A program made the translations under genes and the position numbers. Below are positions 1 to 12,084 of a stretch of DNA of 33,228 bases, one piece after another (the stretch's first letter is position 1; the number at the start of each line of letters is the position of its first letter). Below the pieces are notes generated by a model that saw only the letters and a list, made by a program, of their open reading frames with translations, searched no databases and was not told the origin of the DNA. Source of the stretch: Mesotaenium endlicherianum (Eukaryota); the NCBI GenBank assembly GCA_009602735.1, contig WELA01003159.1, positions 184,284-217,511 of the forward strand, given 5' to 3'.

Positions 1-622
1 CCCCCCCCCCCCCAAACAGTCCCCCAGTCAACTACCCCCCAGTCTCCCAGCTGACTGCAGACGGAATCCATGCATTCCCAGCCCCAGCCCCAGCTCTAGC
101 GCCAGCCTGCGCCCCAGCATCCTGCCAAAGAGCAGAGAGCATGCGAGTGCAATGGAGAAGCCTCTGCCAGAGAAGGCTGTGCACAGAGAGGGCAGAAAGT
201 CTAGGGGGCCAGCAGGCACCAACCCATGGCTCCCGGGTTGAGAGCTTCCAGCGCTGGCATGCATTCAGGCCGCCTCCGCACCTTCCAGCTGGCACAGGCG
301 ACACAGCGAGCAGCCCGCCTGCCCTTCTTGCCTGTCGGCAGCAGAGGCAGGGAAGGAGGATTGCCCCTCCCCGGGGGTCCGCACACGAGGGCCCTGCAAC
401 TCTCCAGTCTGACTTGAGAACAAGAGGCGGATGCTGACCCGTTGTTGACGGGGGGCAAGCGGGCAACGAGAGCGGCACACCGGCCACGCCCAGCCGGAAC
501 GTCTGTGCGCCGGCCAGGATTGAGCTGGCAAGCGGCGCAGGGCACGTGGCGGCTGTTTCATGGCCAGATGGCACACAGAGAAGGGGTTTGTGCAGAGCAA
601 AGAACTGGCGGCGGAGGCACAC

Positions 623-2456
623 CTGTGAAGTGGAGGGGGGGCTTGACAGCTGGCGGCGGCAGCCCTCTCGCTTCAGCCAATCTGCACCATGCAGGCCCCC
701 GTTGCAGAGCATGCAGGACACGCGGGAAGGTCAGTGGAGAAGGAGGACCTGCTGCCATTTTTCCCCGTGGTAGGTGCGGTGGGTGTGGTGGGAGTGATGG
801 GAACTGTGACAATACTTTTCAAATGTCTCGCCCTCATGTGCCTGTGGGCCCTGCCTCTGTCCATAGAGGGGGGGGAGGGAGAGGGGGTAGGTGGGATGAG
901 CCTAGAAGAGAGAAAGAATGTCCCTGTGCCTGTGTCTGTGCCCGTGCCGGTGCCTGTGCTGGTGCTTAGCATACACTCAAAAAGACAACATATCAGAGTG
1001 GTAAAACAAGCAACTTCTATTTGATCACGGCAACTGAACGGGCTGACAAGACTGTCTCATGCACAAGACCGGCAAAAAACGCGCCCACAAACGTCAGCAA
1101 AGACGACAGCTTGGGCTCGGGCTTCGACTTAGGCTCAAGCTCAGAAATGGGGCTCAAGCTTGGCTCAGGCTCAGCTCAGGCTCGGGTTAGGCTCAGGCTC
1201 GGGCTAGTGACAGCCGGTGGCCATGACCATACGCAGCGGCTGTTCCTGCTGTCGGGGGCTTGGCTGCCAAAAGTGAAAAGCTCCCACTCCCCAGCGGACT
1301 CTCCAGATCCCCACCCTTCTTTAGGGCTGCTGCCATGAGCCGCGCCCAGACACCTCACAGCCCTTGCATCCTCGCCACCACTCAGCAGGAGGGCTCAGGA
1401 GCTTCGGGCCCCATGCAATGCAAGACAGCAACATATGAAAGAAGAAAAGAGGAGGAGGGGGAGGAGGGGAGGAGGACGAGGGGAGGGGGGAGGGGGGAAG
1501 GGAGGAAGGTGTAGGAACGGGCTCAGGGATCGGGTTTAGGGGTCGGGTTTAAGGGCATAAGGATTAGGGTTAGGGTTAGGAGTCTTGTTTGGGGGAGGGA
1601 GTGACGCACTGGTGGAGGACTGTCTGGCGCCAGGAGCTGCGGAAGACGAGGTCGCCGTCCTGCTCCGCCATGCACAGCTGCAGCCAGAGGGGCTCCTCGT
1701 TGCAGAACACGTTCAGGATACTGTCACCATAGAGAGCACGCGAGCACAGACACATGCACGGGCGCGTCCACACGTGAGCCCCCGGGAGGATCTCCGCACG
1801 ACGCGTGCACGGTGTAAGGGGACCACATAAGAGACTCTCCCTCTGATCTCTAATCTTTGCACCATGGAAGGTACCGGGTACCACCTGTGAGGCCTTTAGC
1901 CACTGGGATTAACGTCTACTTCTTCTGGGACAGCTCTCTAGCACAGGTACTTTGAGGCTTTTACTTTCGCGTTCGGCTTGTTAGTCTCCTTAAGCCTTTC
2001 CATAATGACTGACGCCTATGCAGTGTGTTGTAATCCTTTGGCCTTCATACTACTCTAGCAACTACGATAGCAAACAGGTCAAGTTGTCACAAACCCGACT
2101 CTAACTGTCTCTGCTCACTTAATCCTAAGACGTCTATTGTGATCTAATAATACCGTCCATTTAATTATGAAGTTGTTATGATGAGATGCCAGCAGAAGAT
2201 GAACCCTTCAATTGACACAGCCCAGTCAGCCCATAAAAGCAAGAGCAGACGTTTAGAACGCTAATCAAGAATTTCAGGACTTAACGAAAGTTAATTGCTC
2301 CAACAAGAATGGGGAGTCAGCTCACCTGCTTACACAGGCAAGGCGAAGCACATCACTGACTGGAAGAAGCCCAATTATCTTGTTCACTATCTCATCAGGA
2401 AGGACTGCGAGTCCACCTAAAGCTCCAGGACGCCTGTCGACAATTGGAGATTCCAT
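623..2456 (-). CDS. JMJ21: F-box + JmjC-domain protein, Arabidopsis At1g78280/JMJ21-like. First three coding exons only (2456-2326, 1720-1610, 681-623); the gene probably continues beyond the window start.
   Basis: Spliced translation MESPIVDRRPGALGGLAVLPDEIVNKIIGLLPVSDVLRLACVS/SILNVFCNEEPLWLQLCMAEQDGDLVFRSSWRQTVLH/QLAEARGLPPPAVKPPLHFTG matches the recalled JMJ21 N-terminus (DRRPDALGxLxVLPDE...LACVSS...CNEEPLW..LC...SW..T.LH...HFDG). Introns are GT-AG and phases are consistent. The JmjC domain itself is not in the window. Confidence 0.8.
1111..1207. repeat. Degenerate hexamer repeat (GGCTCA/GGCTCG/GGGTTA) in JMJ21-like intron 2
   Basis: Run such as ggctcaggctcagctcaggctcgggttaggctcaggctcgggctag. 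Confidence 0.6.
1533..1580 (+). repeat. Short interstitial telomere-like repeat (TTTAGGG/TTAGGG) in JMJ21-like intron 2
   Basis: gggtttaggg...gggtttaaggg...attagggttagggttagg. Confidence 0.6.
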
Positions 2457-3684
2457 CTACAATAAAAAAGTTTTGCCGCTATATCTATGCTATGGTATAT
2501 GAGTTACAAAGACATGAAATGTTTGGAAAAAAAATCTCCGTATTCTTTCAATCCTCCAATTGATGCTATCATTATTAAAGTTTTAATAATATTAGAATGA
2601 TGACCATCACCAGAGACCACGTTACAAGTGGTTTTCGAATTGAAAGCACCAAATCATTTTGGTGTACATAAATAGTCAGATGTACAAAGCAATCCGTGCA
2701 CATGTATGCGGAATGAATATCAACACTGCCAAGAGGCGGTATAAGAAGGTATAAGACGACCTCTGAAGTGGTATGAAGGTATTTAATAGCTAGTGCTGCA
2801 CCCAGCACCTACAGGCATCAGTCCTGCATGACTTGACAAACGTAGACGACTGGATGCGACTGGAAAGAACAGGAAAGAATGGGAAAGAGTGGCAAAGAAA
2901 GCTTTTATGAAGCTGCGGTTCAAGTCAAACCCGCTTCAGGTCAGCGCAGGATGGCAATTCGTTTTCTGACATCACATTGACTTCCTGCTGCTTCCTGCTG
3001 CTTCGTGCTAGTTAGATTCCCACATGTGAGGTTAAGCACCGACTATAAACGTAACAGGCACTGGTGCTGTGTGCTGCTAGGAGCTGCTAAACACGACATC
3101 GTGACTTTTAATCCGTCAGATGACAACATCGGCGTTTTAAAATCTAACAGCACTGGACAACATGGAGCGAGGAGGACACCATGGGCTTGCAAACTCATAT
3201 AATTAATATATATTATATGAAATGCTTTAGTTGCATACACGCTTGAACGCAATTAGGTTGAGCGTGGGCGAGCCTGGACATCATGGGGCGTGCTATTGCG
3301 CCTGGTTCTGGGTGGTCTGCTTGTTGTACTGGTCTGTACTGCTGTGTTGTTCGCGACGCTGCTCCAAGGTGCACCTGCGTAGCTTTCACGCGTCCTTCGT
3401 TAAGTTCTTCCAGAAAGCTCCCATGAGGAAGCTGGGCTAGAGAGATGGAATAAGTGAGACATGGACTAAGGGTCAGCTACGACTGTGAAAAATTTACAGT
3501 GGCGAAATCTCTGGGTTTCTAGTGCCGTGCCAGCAGCGTTTTTGTTCTCGTCAGCAGATTAGCTGGAGATATTGAGAAACTACGAAGCATCTCGTTTTTT
3601 TGATCTGCTAGCGTTCTTGAAGTGTCCATTCTTCGCGACTATTAGTGGCAATATTGGAAAGGTTGGGAAAGCAATAAGGTCAGC

Positions 3685-4407
3685 ATGCCAGTCAGTCCCT
3701 CTGAGCCCAATGGGAATGAGGCTGGACCTTCTCAGGACGTCAGAGTTGCACAGGGAAAAGGGGAGCATGTTGAGCCCTCATCGAAAGCTGGGGGCGAAAG
3801 TGGGACAAGCACGAGCGGAAGCGGAGGAGCAGGGGATGGAGGCAGCAATTTTGAGTGCAATATATGTCTAGAACTGGCACATGACCCCGTGGTGACATTA
3901 TGTGGTCATCTTTTCTGTTGGCCGTGCTTATACCGATGGTTGCAAATACATTCGCATTCAAGGGAGTGTCCAGTATGTAAGGCAGGTGTAGAAGAGGAGA
4001 AAGTTGTGCCCCTCTATGGAAGAGGCAACACAAATGCAGTAGACCCGAGGAAAAAACCAGTGGCAGGACCAGATATTCCCCACCGACCGCAAGGGCAACG
4101 TTCCGAGCCTCTAAGGCACCATCACCCTAACCAAAATTTTAATTTCGTAGCTGGTGCTGGTCCCTTCGCCTCTGCACAATTTGGAAATTTTACTCTTTCC
4201 GCAGGTTTCGGCCTGTTCCCCTCTCTCTTCGGTGCCTGGCAGTACCAGGCCTTTGGTCCTGCAGATGGGTCTACACCACCTGGCAATGTTGCAGGAGGAG
4301 CTAGGACAGGGCAGGCCCTTACTCAGGAACAAATGCAACAGGCTTTTCTCTCTCGTCTCCTCCTCTTCCTTGGCTCCTTTGTCATCTTGTGTCTCCTCTT
4401 CTTCTAG
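3685..4407 (+). CDS. C3HC4 RING E3 ubiquitin ligase of the RMA1/RNF5/RNF185 family with C-terminal membrane anchor (ERAD type); intronless CDS, 240 aa
   Basis: FECNICLELAHDPVVTLCGHLFCWPCLYRWL...ECPVCKAGVEEEKVVPLYGRG, the DPR...PxRPQGQR motif, FTLSAGFGLFPSLF, and a hydrophobic tail LSRLLLFLGSFVILCLLFF. Confidence 0.92.
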   Translation: MPVSPSEPNGNEAGPSQDVRVAQGKGEHVEPSSKAGGESGTSTSGSGGAGDGGSNFECNICLELAHDPVVTLCGHLFCWPCLYRWLQIHSHSRECPVCKAGVEEEKVVPLYGRGNTNAVDPRKKPVAGPDIPHRPQGQRSEPLRHHHPNQNFNFVAGAGPFASAQFGNFTLSAGFGLFPSLFGAWQYQAFGPADGSTPPGNVAGGARTGQALTQEQMQQAFLSRLLLFLGSFVILCLLFF

Positions 4408-6637
4408 TTCTAAGGAGGCGTTACCATCCACGTCCTGCTCATGAATGACGCAGACTGTGAAAAAGAAGTGGTTTGATGATTGGGGTGCTACCTTGGGAGG
4501 TTCTCTCGCAGCCCTCGAAAGCTGGAGTCGTACTTATCAGAGTTTAGGTCACTCCGCATGAGACCACGTTTGGTCTATCTTAAAAGGAAATGCGTTCAAT
4601 TTAGCAGATATTAGGATAGTGGTGGTCCGTGTACATATATTAAGAGTCAAGGCGCATCTGACGTTGATACATGGACTAGATGCACGTGGAAGGCATTCAG
4701 TAGGCAATGCAAACGTTGTAGTTTCACAGAGGAAGGGTATGCCTTGATCCAAAACAAGCGTTCAGATCCGTTTCTGATGTCCTCTTTCCCAGTAGAACAG
4801 ATTATTAGAATGCGGCAAACCTCTCAACAGTGTACATGTGAAAATTTTTGGATGATCAATTGGATTGAGAGAGTTTAAGTTTTAAGTTTAAGTTTTCAAA
4901 TGGTAGTCAGCCATACTTACTCAGGCTAGCAAGAATAGGCCCTAGACACGGATGGCTTCCTCTAGTTGATTTGCAGATGGTACATGCGAGAAACCCCCTT
5001 ATTGTAATAAAGAATTCAATGTTCCTCGGTTGCAATGAGTGTGCTTACAGCATAAAAAATTGTCTACCTTTGTCGAGGATTGAGCACTTTGTTGGAGCCC
5101 TCCGCATCTGGAAATACTACATGCAGCATATGTATTGGTGTGGTAGTCTCTGAAATTTCACTGGTAAGCGAGTGTGGGCAGATTATCCTGTGGTCTCTCT
5201 TTTGCATTCACTGAAGGCTACCATTTGAGACAAATTATACATCGACTCTCGTGCACCAATTTCGAGTTACCTCAAAGCTTATGTGAACGTTGTGATGATA
5301 CTTTGTATTCCTTGCTGAAAGATAAGGGGCAGCCTCATTGTGGTAATATTGCGAGAGTAGCTGGCTTGGAAATGGATAAGTCTGATGGCCATCAACAAAG
5401 CCAAAAGCCCCTTTCGAGGACCTCAGGGGTGCAAGTTGACAATTGCACCCTAGCGCAAGAAAATAGAGATAGGAACATGGAAGCAAATTTTATGCTACTT
5501 ACGTGCCGTCAGTGACTGACGAAAGAGTCATGTAACTGCGTCTCTGCAGGGTATGGTGTCTCAGTCCTACCAACTTTTGCACACATGTACATGAATCTGC
5601 ATTGAATACTCGAGTTACTCGTAGCTGACATTGAGAAGCTGAGTATAAGTTCTTGCTTATCATGGTCATCATATACCCATCATGCTTTATATACGACTCT
5701 AATTGAATAGACTATATAGCACCCAGTGAAGCGCAGCTGTCTTATGTGAGGTCATTGCCAGTCAAGATTACTAACTTTGGAGGCACCAATTCCAACTCAG
5801 ATGAATTGAACTTTAATGGCAAGCATACGTTATATTCCTTTGCATACATCAGTGGCAAAGTTCTCTAGCAGAAATGTGGAACATTTAGCATGTTGCATTA
5901 TAGGAGTTAATTCGCCCAGTTGAAACGTCAAGAGTTCAGCATCATGAATGTGTGAGCTCCACAATTGAGATTAACCGAGATTGTTTTCAGCTAAGTGATA
6001 ACACTAAATGATGATGATACACAATTTAGAGTATACCACACTGCGCAGAAGACATGTAGAGACATTGAACGTAGCCTTGTTAAATTGTTGAGGGCGCGAC
6101 TGATGAAAGTCCAGCCAGAGTTTGAGGCTTGGCAAGTGTTTGCACTGATGCATATATGAAATTAGGGCTTCCTTACTAGGGGCAGAGCTAGTGATGATTT
6201 CACATCAAGTATCAAAAGGCTGCCTACTAGTCACCAACACCATACCCCATGATTACCACGTCTGCCCGCCACACCTGATTGACCTCTTATCACTAAGTAG
6301 TTGGTGGTCTCTATGCAAGTGCATGCCTACTGAAGACATCTGCAATCAGTACATGAAGGGTGCAGCATACTGTGCATGATGCATCACATCCATTTAGGCT
6401 TTAACACTGAATCTAGAGTACGTGCTATACGCTTTCATGCAAAAAAGGTAAAATCTAAATCAGAAATCAATGAGAACAAACAATCCACAAAAGTGACAAA
6501 GGAGGCTGCGAGCAGCACAACCACTTACAAAATTTTAATGTGACATCAAAAGCCAGTTCTTGCTTGAGCAGATAAAGTAGTAACTAGAGATCCACGGAAA
6601 GATTGCCGCCAGGCACCGAGGCACTACTCTGTCTAGC

Positions 6638-9600
6638 TTACAGCTTGTCCTCCCACTCCGATAGAGGAGGCGGCGCGGGCTTGATACCCTTGCGCTTACG
6701 GATGTCGGCCACAATGGTGTGAGACTGTGTGCCGATCTCAAAGGGATCGGAGGTCAGGCACTCCCAGTGATCAAACACAGCCTGGGGGAAGGCCTGCCCG
6801 GAGGTGGCAGCGCGCAGGGTAGAGGAGAACCCGAACGACTCAATAACGGGCAGGTACGCCTTGATGTTGTACAGCGGGGTGCCGGGCCTCTGGACCTCCT
6901 CGAACACGTGGCCACGCTTCTGGTTGAGCACTCCGTAGATGCCACCCAGGGCCCCCTCAGGCGCCTGGATCTCCACCAGGTACACGGGCTCCAGCAGGCG
7001 GGGCTTGGCCGTCATCTGGGCGGCGTACAGCACACGGCGGGCAGTGGGCACCAGCTGGCCACCACCGCGATGGATGGCGTCGGCGTGGAGCACCACGTCA
7101 ACGATCTCAAAGCACACACCGCGCATGTTCTCCTCAGCCAGGCAGCCCTCCTTAGAGGCCCACTGCATGCCGGCCACGACGTGCTCCTTAATTTCATTCA
7201 GGTACTGCACTCCCTTGCACATGTCCACCACCATGTTGGGGCCGGTGGTGTCGGGGCCAAAGCACCAAATCTTCCTGGCCACGTCCTTGTCCCACCCGTA
7301 CTCGGTCGTGAGGGTGGCCACGCGGGCCTTGGGGTCATCCTTGGGCCCAATCTTGCCATCGTCAATGGCCTCGGGGAGGCCCTCCTCCAGCGCACGCGCC
7401 TCGAAGTAGAGCCTGTTGTGCTTGTTGGGGGACTTGCTCATCACTATGTGGTCCGACTTGTCGATGACAGTCTCGCGGAACGACACGACGGGGTCTGACA
7501 CAACAATCTCCGCACCCCCCATGAAATCGTCCTGCAAGCAAGAGGACACAGATAACAAACATCCCCAGTGTTCTTGTGAGCACACGTTTTACCTCGAATA
7601 AATGACCAACGCTATCGCAGGAACTGAACGGGACAATTGCCCTCTATGCCCTCTATGCCCCCCCCCCNNNNNNNNNNNNNNNNNNNNNNNNNNNNNNNNN
7701 NNNNNNNNNNNNNNNNNNNNNNNNNNNNNNNNNNNNNNNNNNNNNNNNNNNNNNNNNNNNNNNNNNNNNNNNNNNNNNNNNNNNNNNNNNNNNNNNNNNN
7801 NNNNNNNNNNNNNNNNNNNNNNNNNNNNNNNNNNNNNNNNNNNNNNNNNNNNNNNNNNNNNNNNNNNNNNNNNNNNNNNNNNNNNNNNNNNNNNNNNNNN
7901 NNNNNNNNNNNNNNNNNNNNNNNNNNNNNNNNNNNNNNNNNNNNNNNNNNNNNNNNNNNNNNNNNNNNNNNNNNNNNNNNNNNNNNNNNNNNNNNNNNNN
8001 NNNNNNNNNNNNNNNNNNNNNNNNNNNNNNNNNNNNNNNNNNNNNNNNNNNNNNNNNNNNNNNNNNNNNNNNNNNNNNNNNNNNNNNNNNNNNNNNNNNN
8101 NCCCCCCGGTGCCCAGCTTCAAGCTGCCCTCAAGCTGCACCTCACTACTGCGATACGCAAGAGACACTTGCTCAACCATCCCCCCCACTTACGAGTTCCT
8201 TCCCCTCCAATGCAGAGGCACGTGGTAGACAAGAGGCTGCTCAGCTCTTTTCACCTTCGGATGATATTTGCCCACTTGCCTAACACCCACTCCAAAGCTC
8301 AACTGAGCACCACCATCAGAAGGTCCAGGATAGGAAGGTGTTTCGAGTCAAGGGGTAGAGCGCCCATACCTGCAAGTCCTTCAGGCAAATCTCGAGATGG
8401 AGCTCTCCAGCACCAGCCACAATGTGCTCGCCAGACTCCTCGATACTGCACACCACCATGGGGTCTGACTTGGACAGACGCTTGAGCCCCTCCACCAGCT
8501 TGGGCAGGTCGGACGCCACCTTGCACTGGACGGCGACACGCACGACGGGCGACACGCTGAACTTCATGGCCTTGATGGGGTGCGCGTCCACCTCCTTCTC
8601 ACCGGAGAGCGTGGCGTTCTTGGTGATGAACTGGTCGAGGCCAACCAGAGCCACCGTGTTCCCGCAGGGCACGTCCTCCACCGACTCCTGCTTGCGGCCC
8701 ATCCAGATGACGGTCCTCTGCACCGACTTCACGTACAGGTCCTTCTTGGTGCCGGGCACGTAGTTGGGCCCCATGATGCGCACCTTCATGCCCGTCGACA
8801 CAGTTCCCGCAAACACACGGCCGAAGGCAAAGAAGCGCCCCTTGTCGGACGCGGGAATCATCTTGGAGACGTACAGCATGAGGGGGCCCTTGGGGTCGCA
8901 GTTGCGGATGGCATTGGCGTACTGGTCGTCCAGGGGGCCCTCGTACAGGTTCTCCACACGATACTTCTGCGCCTTCGAGGGGGAAGGCAAGTGCCAGATC
9001 ATCATCTCCAGCAGGGCCTCCTGTGCGGGCAGCCACGACTGCATGACTCTCTTCATCAGGGGCTTGGCGCTGAGCTCCTTGGCCTCGTTGGTCAGGGTGG
9101 CGCCCAGCTTTGTCAGCATGGGGAACAGCTTGTCCTTCTCGTCGTTCATGGCGGCCGAGATGATCTGCTTGATGGGGTTGTACACAAACTGCACGAAACC
9201 ACGCTGGCATGTGGGGCTGCCAGTGTTCTTGGTGGTCCACTTCTTGGTGGCAGGGTCAAAGTAATTCTCTCCCCACAGCCTCTCCATCATCTTCTTGAAG
9301 TCCACCTTGAACTTGTCAGCGTACATCTTGGCGAAGTTGGTCAAAGTGAAGGCCCACCCGTGGAGACCAGCGGAGAAGGACACGGTACCCTTCTCGGGGT
9401 ACACAAGGACATCTCCGAGGAGCTCATCTTCGTATGTGGCCATGACGACGTTGATGTTCTCAATCACACGGCGAAAGGTCTGCCAACGGAGACACACAGT
9501 TCAGGAGGCAGCAGGGTGTGAATCCCAGCAGCCCGTTGGCACTAAGCATAACATCAAAGGTAGACTAGGTAGCAAACTTGGGCCCTTCAAGGTTATGCAT

Positions 9601-11270
9601 CGGCATCAAAACGAGGTCTACTACATAGTGATTGGCCCTAAAGACTTGCAAACATAATCTTGTACCAAAATGAAAAATCTGATAAACAGAGCCCACAGTG
9701 CACCTATGTATAAAACTGAAACCATGATGCAATTCTACGATTAAAATTCTGGAAATGACATGCCCCAGCAGCATGCAATGCACAGTTTGAATGAGTACAA
9801 GCAAAGGGGTTCTGCTCTAATATTCGGTGGCAGAGAGTTTGGCAAGTTGACATAAGGATAGAGGAAGGACAACCATGGCAAACAGAAATCATGCAAGAGA
9901 GCTCTAAAAAAGAGCACTTCCATCCCTGCACACGTTATCACATGGTTCGAGTAAGCTGGCAAAATTACCTGGTAAGCCTCCTCCCCGTCAAGCTGAAGCT
10001 CGAGGAAGCAACGGTCCATCTTGTTGACAGTGAGCACAGGGCGAATACGCTCACCAAGGGCCTGACGCAACACAGTCTCGGTCTGGACACAGACTCCCTC
10101 AATACAATCCACAACAACCAAGGCACCGTCTGTGATACGGAGAGCAGCTGTGACCTCAGACGAGAAGTCAACGTGACCAGGTGAGTCGATCAAGTTAATG
10201 AGGTAGTCATTGCCATCCCTCTCACCCTCCATTCCATCCAGGGCCGCATCTGCCATCTCGTAGTACAGTGAGATACCAGTGGACTTGATGGTAATACCAC
10301 GCTCTGCCTCATCAGCACGGGTGTCAGTCAAGCGGACATCACCAGCCGTCTCCTGGGCAATAATACCAGCCGCAGCCACCAGGGAGTCTGTGAGTGTAGA
10401 CTTCCCTGCAAGCCAAAAGAACATGTAAAAGTTCAGTAACATGATTTGATGAAATCTAAAACCTTGTAGGTCATAATTGGTGTGAACTTTGTCATTGCAA
10501 TCACTTTTCAACATTGCATTCCCATCAATCTGTATGGTAGTAAATTTTGTCTCACTAAGCACGAAAATCCTCCCCTTGAATCTCCACGCATATGCAGATG
10601 CAGTCAAATAGGTGATGTAGATGATATGACCCGCAACACGTTCATTGCCCCTAAAGCTGTCATCAACGAAAACTCTGGCACGTATTCCAATATGAGACTT
10701 ACCGTGATCGACATGAGCAATAACAGACATGTTTCTGATGTTGTTCTTCTTCTCCATGATAGCCCGAAGCTGATCAGTAGTGAACTTCACCTGCAAAAGC
10801 ACGGATTTCGAGACATGGTCAAGTTATGCAAAACCCTAAGCTTCCACCAGACGACAGCAGCATCGCTCTGCTCCCACGCTCCCAACCTCACATCACGAAC
10901 CAACCCCGCCAGTAAGAAGATTATCCAAAGGACTGCTCTTTTATCTTACACCCCAACTTCCAGCAGCTACCGACAGGTTAGTGAAAATGCGTTCATTGGT
11001 AATAAGAACCAATCTTCAGATATCTTTTCAACACAAGCCTGAGCGGTGAAATTTTCAAAATCTGAAGCAAATGCCTAGAATGTCATGCGTCCACCTCTGG
11101 ACATTCTTTTCAACCTCCTTCACACCCAAAAAGAAAGGGCCTCGCATGAAAGACTTGGTAGAAGACCGAATACAACAAGTGAGGTTTGGGCTGTACAAGA
11201 TGACAAGCTCTAGCAAGTACAATGCAAGGACAGGTCAGAAAAAGGACACTCCTAGCTGGAGACGTACCAT
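6638..11270 (-). CDS. EEF2: Eukaryotic translation elongation factor 2, complete, 843 aa; exons 11270-11268 (ATG only), 10790-10703, 10405-9969, 9479-8370, 7531-6638
   Basis: MVKFT...[22 protein letters not shown] (P-loop), [23 protein letters not shown], diphthamide motif [13 protein letters not shown]-terminal EDKL. All introns are GT-AG, phases are consistent and exon lengths sum to 843 codons plus stop. An N-gap lies in intron 4. Confidence 0.98.
7668..8101. other. Assembly gap in eEF2 intron 4; further gaps at ~29177-29383 and ~30224-30331 in PRP2 introns
   Basis: N runs flanked by G/C homopolymer or GGGC-repeat tracts. Confidence 0.95.
10831..10839 (+). promoter_or_regulatory. Telo-box (AAACCCTAA) in eEF2 intron 1
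   Basis: Exact AAACCCTAA. Telo-boxes are established 5'-region elements of plant translation-machinery genes; function here is untested. Confidence 0.5.
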
Positions 11271-12084
11271 CTTGACTGCCTTTTCTTAACAAGGCCTTCA
11301 AGGCCAAGTGTTAAGAAGAAAGAAAGAAGATGGAGCACAGTTAAGTACTCCCTTGGCGGCGCAGTGCTCCCCACTGCAAATATATATGCAAAGAGAACGT
11401 AGCGAACGCGAATTCGAGTATTGAAGCTTGCTGTAGCAAAGCTACCTCGTTGGTGGAGGGGCATCGCGGGCACTGAAGTAAATTTGAAACAAGTCGTGAA
11501 GTCAAAAGGATGATATGGTAACTTCATCTTTTCCGTCGATATTTATATTGACGGTGCGATGAGGGATACATAACTTTAATAAGCACTCGCCTTCGAACTT
11601 GGGACCGGTGCGGGCAGAAAGATACGACTTTGAACATTTAACGTGACGGTAGAGAACCTGTGTGGAGATATTACGCAAGGAATCTTTGACATCGATCCGT
11701 ACCCTCGGGCTGCTGCTCTGCACAGAAACACATCGTACATGACAGGACACCATTCAGACTTGCCCCCCACTCGAAAGGTATCACTGCAAATATGCACTGC
11801 GCAACATGCTCAAACGTGCCATGCAACTAACGACCATGCAAGGGAAAGTATCAGCTACGGGATGCATGGGATGGCTGCATATGCGCACTCCAGTTTGAAT
11901 GATGGCTTAAAATTTTAGCTGGTCAGTATGCCTGAGGTCATCGTGGATGCGCCGTAGCTGGAATAGCAGCTCCTTGAGAGCATGATAGGAGCAAGTATAT
12001 TCGTCATTGCCATGTGCCATCTGCTGTCGATTCTGACCCGATAATGTTTCGTATCATGAGAGCAAGAAAGTTGCATCAGATGCA
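11271..12084. promoter_or_regulatory. Divergent promoter region between eEF2 and MurB; TATA-like TATATAT near 11381-11387 for eEF2
   Basis: Head-to-head start codons about 815 bp apart; TA tract upstream of a pyrimidine-rich eEF2 leader. Confidence 0.45.

Noticed and set aside
28..600. Multiple overlapping ORFs at the window start
   Set aside because: GC-rich intron sequence of the JMJ21-like gene; the expected next exon motif was not found.
5174..5515. 113-aa ORF between the RING gene and eEF2
   Set aside because: Non-ATG start, no recognisable motif or splice structure.
6191..6278. GTGATGA...CTGA pair suggesting a box C/D snoRNA; eEF2 introns were also scanned
   Set aside because: No terminal stem or recognisable rRNA guide; no convincing intronic snoRNA seen.
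7589..8485. ORFs spanning N runs (also at 28544-30720)
   Set aside because: Artefacts of reading through assembly gaps.
6719..9521. Long + strand ORFs (259 aa, 313 aa) opposite eEF2
   Set aside because: Antisense shadows of GC3-rich eEF2 exons; no independent motifs.
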